Source of the DNA: Mustelus asterias
Lineage: Eukaryota
Assembly: GCF_964213995.1 (NCBI RefSeq)
Contig: NC_135821.1
Location: 4,712,001-4,776,000 of the forward strand
DNA length: 64,000 bases
Direction: 5' to 3'
Below the pieces are notes generated by a model. It did no database searches. It had not been told where the DNA came from and was given only the letters and a program-made list of their open reading frames with translations. Of this stretch, positions 48,719 to 64,000 are shown piece by piece. Every line of letters starts with the position of its first letter. The stretch's first letter is position 1. The translations under genes and the position numbers were made by a program.

Positions 48719-50824
48719 TTCTGTGGGATACAGACAGGTTCAGGTGTTTTTTCTGGGATTGGAAAATTGGAAGTGGAGGAGGCCATTCAGCCCCTCCATC
48801 CTGTTCCACCATTGAATTTGATCATGGCTGATCATGAGTTTCACTCTATGAATCTGCCTTGATCCCACATCCCTTCATAACCTGAGCTAACAAATAGCTC
48901 GCTAGCTCAGTTTGGAAAAGTTTAAATAACTCTCAACATTTTCGTGGTGAGACTTCCCGATTTCCATCTTCAGTGTGAAGCAGCGCTTCTTAACAACCTC
49001 CCTGAACAGTCCCGCTCCAGCCTGAAGACTCTGCTGCCCCTGTCCCGGACTATCCCACACCAGGAAATAGTTTCTCTCCATCTACCCTCTAGTTATCCTC
49101 CCAGACCCAGGTGGGACTGAAGGCTGCAACAATGTTCCTCCATCAGGCCCTGTCTTGAGCCTCACCCCATGTAAGCTCCATGTCTTCCAGTCCAGTCATA
49201 TCTGCCCAATCAGATCGATTCATCATGTCATCATAGTCGTGTAATTGATATGAATATCTGGAATTAGGAATCTACTGATGACCATGAAACCATTGTCAAT
49301 TGTCGGAAAATCCCATCTGGTTCACTGATGTCCTTTAGGGAAGGAAATCTGCCATCCTTACCCAGTCTGGCCTACATGTGACTCCAGAGCCACAGCAATG
49401 TGGTTGACTCTTAAAATGGCCTCAGGGATGGGTAATAAAGGCTGGCCCAGCCAGAGACACTCACATCCCATAAGCAAATCTATTATATATATATATTTAT
49501 GTTGAAGGGGACTGTTTAAAATTCAGTTTTATTCCACAGGCAGATCGTGTGTTTGGAAAAAACATTTAGTACTGGCGTTGTAAAAGCAGGATGATTGCTC
49601 CGTTCTGCTGGGAATCTGATGCTTTGATAGAGCTAATGGACTTTTATTTACCCAAAAGTTTCTTTGGGATTTTGATGGAAAGATTCATGTGATTATGGTT
49701 TAATGGGCAGATCTGGGTCTACAGCAGAGAGAAGAAGCTTTTGCAGTTTAGATTTGCAGTTCTAGCTGGGAATTGTTTGAAGACAGAGGCTTCTGCAAGC
49801 TGATCGGAACTCAGTTTTCTCTCTGAAAGCTTCAAGACTGTCTGCACTCATTATAGGAAGTATATGTCTGATTGCTAACTGTATTTAATGTCGAATTTAA
49901 GTCTGTAAGCTTATTTGAAAAGGGAATAGTGATAAGCTAGAAAGTAAAGTTGTTTCCTTTCATTTTAAAATATTATTAATGGTTACACTGCTTCATTTGT
50001 TAGAGTTATATTTAAACGTTTATTAAATAAAGTTTGTTTTACTATAAAATATCCCTAATTTGTCAGCGGAATTACTCCTGGAGTGAATCATCCTATTCTC
50101 ACATTTATGCCAAAATAGAAACTTTGTTAGGGTGTAGTCAGGAGTCTGAAGGTAACTTGAGGTTCTTATCCAGAACCCTAACAATCATCTCAAACAATTG
50201 TATCATCGCTTATTCTTCTGTACTCGAGAGAATGCACGGCTGTTCTGTGCAAACTGCCTCATCATTTAACCCCCTTAACCCGAGTATCATTCTGGTGAAT
50301 CCCTCACTCCAAAGCCAATATATCAGAACTAAACGCAGTGGTTCACAAATGCTCAAACTCATACTTTATACACTGTAGCTGAACCTTAACCCCTCAGTAT
50401 TCCAGACTGATTGGGATGAAAATTAAAATTCTCTTTGTCTTTTCAATTTATTTGTGTCTATGCAATACATTGTCATTTCTGAGATGGACCCATAATTCCC
50501 TCTGCCCTGTCACAGTTCCCCACATTGTTCAGCAAACACTTTGATTGGTGTTCCCTGCTCCAAAGTGGATGATCTCGCTCTTCCTTGTACTGAACTCTTG
50601 GTGTTGCTCTCCTCACCCATATACAGCAAGACCCAGAGAACATTCTGGCTTAGGATGAAGAGCAGCAAGTAGCATTAGTGCCACACAAGTGTCAGGCAAT
50701 GACCATCTCCAACAAGAGAGAATCTAATCATAGCCCTTTGACATTCTATGGCATTACCATCAGTGAATTCCCCCCACTATCAACATTCTGGGGGGGGGTC
50801 ACCATTGAAGAGAAAACAGAACTT

Positions 50825-51120
50825 TTGTTTTTATTCATTCGTGGAACTTGGGCGTCGCTGGCTGGGCCAGTATTTATTGCCCATCCCTAGTTGCCCGAGG
50901 GCAATTGAGAGTCAACCACATTGCTGTGACACTGGAGTCATATGGAGGCCAGACCCGGTAAGGACAGCAGATTTCCTTCCCTCAAGGACATTAGTGACCC
51001 AGATGGGTTTTCTCAACAATGGTTTCATGGTCATCAGTAATTCTTAATTCCAGATTTTTTTTTTATTGAATTCAACGGGATTTGAACCTGGATCCCTAGA
51101 ACATTCACTGATTTTCTGGA
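50825..51120 (-). mobile_element. tRNA-headed SINE (SacSINE/SINE2-like); related copies at about 27485-27830, 33105-33325, 49255-49470 and 57235-57520
   Basis: Shared core GAGTCAACCACATTGCTGTG..CAGATTTCCTTCCCT.AGGACATTAGTG. Confidence 0.72.
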
Positions 51121-51165
51121 TTGTCTCAAAGATATAGTGTCTTAGTGTCCCCATGGCAGTAGCAG

Positions 51166-51166
<1 letters not shown>

Positions 51167-51228
<62 letters not shown>
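51167..51228. repeat. (TA)n microsatellite, about 31 units
   Basis: Read directly from the sequence. Confidence 0.97.
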
Positions 51229-51232
<4 letters not shown>

Positions 51233-51936
51233 CTGTGGCTACAAGAGCCAGTCAGAGGCAGGGAATCTTGTGACCAGTAACTCAAAGCCTGCCCACCAAA
51301 CAAGTCCAGAGTGTGATGGAACTCTCTCCACTTGTCTGGATGGGTGCAGCTGCAACAACACTCAAGAAGCTCGACAGAATCCAGGACAAAGCTACTGGTT
51401 TGATTGGCACCTTACCCACCAGCTTCATGATTCACTCCCTCTACAACCACTGTACACACTGGCAGATGTGTGCACCACCTGCATGATGCACAGCCCTGGC
51501 ATTTCACTAATAATTCGATGGACGCAAATCTGGATTTGATTCTTGGAGACTAACTGCATTGAAAAATCCATTCACAGCAGCTATTGGTTGAAAAAGTTTG
51601 AGAGCTGCCGAATGGTGTAAAAGGCAGAGAGAATGTTCATCACCAACAGATATTGAGCTGACAATTAAAGAGGGTCTCAGCACTGGTCATTAACTGGTGT
51701 CAAATTGAGTAGTGCAAAGGGACAAGATAAATGCACAAAGTTACACCATAACAATGCAGCTGGTCCATTGGTGTCAAAATCAGACTGCGTTACTCTGCAA
51801 TCACCCATTTGAAACAGGAGACAAAATTCACTACATTACAGACAGTTTTATTTATAGTTGGTTCATTCCCACAATGCATGGCTGGTCCAAAGATCTCAAT
51901 TATATAAATACAACAGCTTTATCCCCTGCAGTCGGT

Positions 51937-54743
<2,807 letters not shown>

Positions 54744-54965
54744 CTCACTGAGGATAAGAGTCACACAACAACAAGCTGACCTCTGCCCTCACAAGCTCTT
54801 GTATTTATACCACTGGGACATCCTGCATTCAAACTGGGAATGACATCACCAATGATGATTGACAATCCCTGACAGCCAATCAGGAATCTGTCATCAATCC
54901 AGGCACCGATTAACAAAGGGTGTGGGGGGGGGGGGGGGAGGGGTGGGACCCAGAGCCAATCAGAG
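54744..54965 (-). promoter_or_regulatory. Proximal promoter of copy 8 (TATAAA 54809-54804)
   Basis: Conserved TATA/TGACATCA/CCAAT block. Confidence 0.68.
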
Positions 54966-55022
54966 CTTTGGAATCCAGGCGGGTTTGGGAGATTCACCGC
55001 GATGATGTCACTGCTTTTGGGT

Positions 55023-55728
55023 TCCAATCTTTTTGGGCAAACCAAGTAAACAAACTCAAATTAATAAGGGGTCGAATTAAAGGGGCAGCTCCCAAAATGG
55101 ATGGGAACCACCCTCTGGGCCGAAGACTCCAAGTCTCCCCACCCACTGCTGCCTATTTCCCACATCCCGCACTCCTCTCCTCCTGACCTGGGGCACTAGC
55201 CCAACTCAGTGCTGCATCCCTCATCCTCCCTCGTACTCCTCCATCCCCCTCTCTCCCTCTCTGCAGATACTTCCAGGGAGAGAGCACCAAAAACTCCAAC
55301 CCACCCCATCCTCCCTCATTCTCTCTCTGACCCCCCTCCCCCAACACCTGGGCAGAGAGCCCCCACCACACCTGCCCTCCCTTTCCTCTTCACCCCCTCT
55401 CCGTGCCTCACAGCAAGGATGGAGAGGCCCCACTCAACCCTCCCTCCATCCCTTCGGAAACCGTAAAATAAAAGACAAAGCGGAAAGGAAACTTAAAACA
55501 TCAAATTAAAATGTGATTAAAAGGGTCGATAATAATACACCCCAGCCCCTGCGGTGCCCAGCAGGTATGGAAGGTGTTGACAGTGCCCTCAGACACCGCA
55601 TGCTCCCTCTCCAGGGACACCTAGCCACGAAGGTAGCTGCGGTAGAGGGGCAGACAGTCGGGTTGGACAGTTCCCTCCGTCTCCCTGGACCTGTTAATGG
55701 CGAGTTTTGCCAGTCCCAGGATCAGGTT
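55023..55728 (-). mobile_element. Tx1/L1-clade 3' end upstream of copy 8, with a nested C/T-rich insert (about 55123-55463)
   Basis: ..LGLAKLAINRSR..QPDCLPLYRSYLRG..; 11-bp TSD tgcttttgggt (55012-55022 / 55729-55739). Confidence 0.82.
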
Positions 55729-56396
55729 TGCTTTTGGGTCCTCGACCATCTTCCAGTGTAAAAATGTCTCATTGTTTAACCCTCTCATTTTAATTGGACG
55801 ATAATTTGTCCCCTTTGCTGAAGTGGGTGTTAACAATATGGACAGGTTTGTTATTGGCCAGCGACAGTGAGGCTGATACAATATTCAAAACAATCCCGTC
55901 GTCTTGAGGGAATTTTCGAACCAACCATTGGAAATGGGAATGTGAGAGTGAGAGAGTGAACATCACTGAACCCAGTGTCACCCACACACACACGTCTCCA
56001 TTTGCCGCAGTGTCTTCTGGGACAGGCGAGACGGAGCAGTTGGTCTATTCCTGCCTATCAATGTCGTACGTAGGATGAGTCCTTTTCCGGTCAACTTTCA
56101 ACAGGGCTGAAGGCTCTCGGGACTGATGCCACCGATGGGCACTGTTAACCCACCTGAAGAGAAAACGTATGCGGGTATTGACACCTGTTCTAGTCAGAAG
56201 GGGCACGAGATGCGGTGAATGTCCTGTGCCCACATAGGGCTTTGTCCAAACTCATTGACATGGCATGGTCACTCAATGGCCACCCAAATGGGCACCTCAG
56301 ACTTTGATGAAGGTCTCAGTCACTGGTTCCGAGGGATCTGTTGATTAATCCTTTCCACAGGAAACTCTTTGAATTCAATATCACAACCTGTAGGGA

Positions 56397-56806
56397 TGAT
56401 GGGGAGATGCCGGCGTTGGACTGGGGTGGGCACAGTAAGAAGTCTCACAACACCAGGTTAAAGTCCAACAGGTTTATTTGGAATCACGAGCTTTCAGAGC
56501 ACTGCTCCTTCATCAGGTGAGTGGAGAGTTGGGTTCACAAACACGGTATATATAGACAGAGACGCAATTGCAAGATAATGGTTGGAATGTGAGTCTTTAC
56601 AGGTAATCAAGTCTTTACAGGTACAGACAGTGCGAGTGGAGAGAGGGATAATCACAGGTAGGTCTGTTGCTTTCCTCCTCATCTGAGCAGATGCTGTGTA
56701 TGCGGAGGGCTTGTCCGTAGGGGATGGCTTCTTCAACGTGTTTAGGGTGGAAGCTGGAGAAGTGGAGGATCGTGCGGTTATCCGTGGGTTTGCGGTAGAG
56801 TGACCC
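56397..56806 (-). mobile_element. Internally deleted Penelope-like element: RT fragment joined to the terminal repeat
   Basis: Minus strand 56800-56660 reads LYRKPTDNRTILHFSSFHPKHVEEAIPYGQALRIHSICSDEEE (PLE RT C-terminal motif); 11-bp TSD acctgtaggga (56386-56396 / 56807-56817). Confidence 0.88.
56484..56520 (-). ncRNA. Minimal type I hammerhead ribozyme (Penelope-type) with an intact core
   Basis: TCAC-CTGATGA-A-GGAGC-AGT-GCTCT-GAAA-GC-TC-GTGA: stem I TCAC/GTGA, CUGAUGA box, stem II, GAAA box, vestigial stem III and a UC cleavage site. Confidence 0.68.
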
Positions 56807-57974
56807 ACCTGTAGGGAGTAGGGAAGGTGATGGCTATGAACAGCTCACGGTGGGGGTGAAGAACAGGGAATGAAAGTGAACAGAAATTTGGTGAGACAAT
56901 AACATGGAATGACTGACAAAACATGGATTCCCCAAATTCCCTTTAACTGTCTCTTGGCTGCACACACACCTGCAACTTAAAGAAAGCGTTCCTCATGTAC
57001 AACATATTTGACCCGGCCCGACCCATTCAACTGCTGCATTGTCACACAGCTGACAGGTTGATGACTGCAAATTCATTCTACTCAGTGCTGTTCTCAACAA
57101 TGTTCCTAAAACTAACTTATAAATATGGATAATTGCAGCCATTGCATCAACGGTTGAGGAGACAAATGGAAGTCCAAGGGGATTTGGAAAGAAGCCATTG
57201 GGTATGACATGTTTATGGTGTTCAAATAAATACACTTTTTTAATTCATCTATGGGATGTGGGCATCACTGGCTGGCCCAACATTTCTTGCCCATGAATGC
57301 TGGGCCATTTCAGAGGGCAGTTAAGAATCAACCACATTGCTGTGGGTCTGGAGTCACATGTCATCCAGACCAGGTAAGGATGACAGATTTCCTTCCCTAA
57401 AGGACGTGAGTGAACTAGATGGGTTTTTACAACAATCATTATTAGACCTCCTTTTAATAGCAAAATTTTATTGAATTCAAATTTCACCATCTACCGAGGT
57501 GGGATTTAAACTCTGGTCACTGGGATTTCTCGGCCAGCTCCCATTCCTCTCCATGGGCGTGTTCCATCAATCTATAGAGGGGTTGCTGATAATAGGTTCA
57601 TAAATTGATGAAAGAAGAAAATGTTACGTGGACGGGTAATGACCAGAAAATCCTTTGAGGCATTGGAAAGTAGGTATCTCTCTCCAGGGGTGTTAAAAAT
57701 CTTGAGGACTGGCAACCCATGTAAACCTGTGTGTTTTTCTGACTGATTCTTAAGAAGAGCCTCAGGCTATGAGCAATATTGCTTAAATTGGAACTAACAG
57801 AGATAGACCAGCAGTTATCAATTATATCTTGTTATGCTTAAGGAATTTTACTGGTAAAAGTTATGGCAGTTCTTTTTGTCATAGTTAATGTCACATTAGT
57901 GTACGTTTAAGAGATTTAAAAAAAAAGTTGTGTTCTCTGTAGCTCACATTGCTGCCAAGTTGTCTTGAGGAAGT

Positions 57975-58240
57975 AAAGTTTAAAGTTTATTTATTAGTCA
58001 CAAGTAGGCTTACATTAACCCTGCACCAAAGTTACTGTGAAAATCCCCTAGTCGCCTGTTCGGGTCAATGCACCTAACCAGCACGTCTTTCAGACTGTGG
58101 GAGGAAACTGGAGCACCCGGAGGAAACCCACACAGACACAGGGAGAACGTGCAAACTCTGCACAGACAGTGACCCAAGCTAGGAGTCGAACTCGGGTCGC
58201 TGGAGCTGTGAAGCAGCAGTGCTAACCAGTGCCACCCTTT
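57975..58240 (-). mobile_element. V-domain SINE
   Basis: tRNA head plus V-domain. Confidence 0.8.
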
Positions 58241-60509
58241 TATTGTTAAGGAGGCCTTTCATTGCTACTTAAATGGGGCTTGTTTATTTTTACTTTGGGA
58301 TCTTCTATGACTCCGTAATTGTTAGGATTGTCATGTGTTCTGGACAAGATTTTTTTGCCTTTCGAGTACTTTTAATGTTTCATTTTCTGTTTGGCTGCAG
58401 TTTGAGTTTTAGAAGGGACATCAAGCTGGAAAGAAATGTCTCTTCCTTTTTTTGGAAATGCTGACTCGCTGAAAGCAAGGCTTGTGGCCTTCGTGGAGAG
58501 AAGAATCCACTCTGGAAAGCTATTCTGATTTCAAACTGTTGAGTGGATCAGAAACTGCAGCATTCATCCAAAGGACTCAGATCCAGTTTCACGCGAGCCT
58601 TAGTCTTTGCTGTGTTGAACCTGTGGCAGGGTTTTGTTTGTGGGAATCGGTTTGATTGGAACATCTTTGTTTATACATTGTGGTTGTTTTGTTTGTAATG
58701 GATCAGTTATTGCTAATATTCTTACTATACATGTTGTTATCTCCATTCTTAACTAAACTTTTTGATAAAAGCTCCTTAATGTGTCACTTGAATCATACCC
58801 GAGGTGAAACATATGATCCAGGTTGGCTCCCTAAAACACTGGAGAGTCTGACCTGAACCACAACAAGTTTATGTTGATGCAAGCTTCCTCATGGGTCGAT
58901 AGAATCACACCTGGAGTGAAATACTTTATCCTCACACTGATGAGAAAATCAAAAATACTTGGGGGTTGGTGGGTCTAGCCTAACTTCGTAATAGATACCT
59001 TGAGGCCTGATCCCTAACAAAAGGATAAGTTCTATTGGTTATAAAATGCTCATAATGCCCAAATCTGAGTTACTGGGTTTATTAATTGATGGAAAACCTA
59101 TTTCAGGGACCAAAGTCAACCCTGTTGCTGTACATTTGGCGTCATGTAGGCCAGACCAGGTAAGGACAGATTTCCTTCCTAAAAGGACATTAGTGAACCA
59201 GATGGAATTGCAGTATAGTTCCACACCTGTTCCTCTCCCTTCCATCTTACCTGATTTAGCACAAATATTCCCAACTGACCTCCTTAACCTAGACTATTGC
59301 CAGGCAATGGCATCATGGGCACTTATGCCTAGTTCCCTTTAGGGTGTGGTAGGGGAGGTTTATGTCAAACATAACCTCAAAATGTCATCTCAATCTGCAA
59401 GTCATGAATTTAACCACTGGGTCAGTCCAGGTTGATCCCAGTCAGAACCAGGATTGATGGAAGCTTAAATAGCTCATTTTGGCCAGGGATGAAAGGCAGG
59501 ACATGGGTTTGAAATGATAAAAGACAGGAAAAAATCCAGTATCTGTCTGCTTGCACACAAGCTGCTAGAGTTATCATTGAGAATTTTAGTTCCTGCTCTT
59601 CTTGCTGCTTGGAGCTATACACACCTTCTGCTCAGTCAAATTTTTACAGCACTACGTAAACATATCACTGCTTTTGAGAGAGGAGAGAGGTAAAGGAATT
59701 GTGCCAGGAAACTAGACCTTCAACATTCAAATCCTAAATGGTTTTAGGTATGACAGCTGAGTAACTTCTCAACTGGACTCACCACAAAGCAACTACAGAG
59801 CAGGTCAGAGGTTAGGAATACAGCAGCCAGTAACTCACCTCCTGACTCCCCAAAGCCTGTCCACCATCTACAAGGCACAAGTCAGGAGTGTGATGGAATA
59901 TTTCCCACTGCCAAGATGGCTGCAGCTCCAACAAGCTTGACACCATCCAGGACAAAACAGCCTACTTGACTAGCACCACTGACACTCAGTACACATCGCT
60001 ACTACTATCTACAAGATGCATTGCAGAAATCCAAAGATCCTTAGACAGCTCCTTCCAAACCCATGAACACTTCCATCTAGAAGGACAAGGGCAGCAGAAA
60101 CATAGGAACACCACCATCTGCAATTTCCCCTCCAAGCCACTCACCATCCTGACTTGGAAATATATTGCTGGGTCAAAATCCTGGAATTCCCTCCCTAACA
60201 GTATTGTGGGTCAACCCACAGAACATGGACTGCAGTGATTCAAGGCGGCAGCTTACCACCATCTTCAAGGTGAAGTAGGGATGGACAGCAAGTGCTGGCC
60301 AGCCAACGACACCCATGTGCAAGGAATGAATAAAAAGAACTGGTGCAACATCAACCACAGAAAACCAATGATTCAAACAGGACAAGTTTATTTACAGTTC
60401 ATAATTATTTTGAAAGACCAGGTCACAATCTTTGACAGACCCAATAAGAATATTGGCTTTTGCCTTCAATTAGAGTAGTAACAAATACAACAAGCTCTTG
60501 ACCCCTGCA

Positions 60510-63580
<3,071 letters not shown>

Positions 63581-63722
63581 CTCACTGAGGATAAGAGTCA
63601 CACAACAACAAGCTGACCTCTGCCCTCACAAGCTCTTGTATTTATACCACTGGGACATCCTACATTCAAACTGGGAATGACATCACCAATGATGATTGAC
63701 AACCCCTGACAGCCAATCAGGA
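63581..63722 (-). promoter_or_regulatory. Proximal promoter of copy 9 (TATAAA 63646-63641)
   Basis: Conserved block, interrupted distally by a Tx1-like insertion. Confidence 0.68.
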
Positions 63723-63744
63723 ATTCTTTCGATACCAATCAAGT

Positions 63745-64000
63745 AGCTTTTTCGGGTACCAACGTAATAAACGAACTCAAATTAACTTAGGGACAAAGTA
63801 AAAGGGGCGGCTCCCCAAAAGGAAGGGGGGAACAGCCCGAACCAAAATCAAAGTCGAAAGGAAACTTAAAACGTCAAACCAAAAGGTGATTATCGGGGTC
63901 GATAATCAGCCCCTGCGGCGCCCAGCGGTCGCGGAAGGCGTCAACCGCGCCCGTGGACACCGCATGCTCCCTCTCCAGAGACACCTGGCCGCGAATGTAG
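63745..64000 (-). mobile_element. Tx1/L1-clade 3' end just upstream of the copy 9 promoter (continues beyond the window)
   Basis: Homologous to 47045-47300 (REHAVSTG..RWAPQG). Confidence 0.82.

Overview
Vertebrate genomic DNA, most likely from a shark or other cartilaginous fish; this is inferred from V-domain HE1-like SINEs, CR1 LINEs and Penelope-like elements. The window is a head-to-tail tandem array of nine 4-exon ferritin genes on the minus strand, and copy 1 runs off the left edge. Coding exons are 102/147/126/147-156 bp with GT-AG introns, and the products are 173 or 176 aa with an intact H-type ferroxidase centre. Each copy has its own TATA/CCAAT promoter about 60 bp above the ATG, and none has a recognisable iron-responsive element (IRE). 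Exons and proximal promoters are nearly identical across copies. Introns and flanks fall into four classes that do not align by eye (copy 1; copies 2-5; copies 6-8; copy 9), and amino-acid variants are shuffled across those classes, which points to exon-focused gene conversion. The proteins combine H-chain catalytic residues with L-chain-like features, and copy 9 naturally carries the equivalent of the K86Q crystal-contact substitution. Spacers and introns are filled with retroelements: a young 2.8-kb CR1 with an open ORF, Tx1/L1-like 3' ends, solo LTRs, SINEs, and Penelope-like elements carrying minimal hammerhead-ribozyme motifs. All alignments and coordinates were read by eye; element family names are recognition-based and were not checked against a database.
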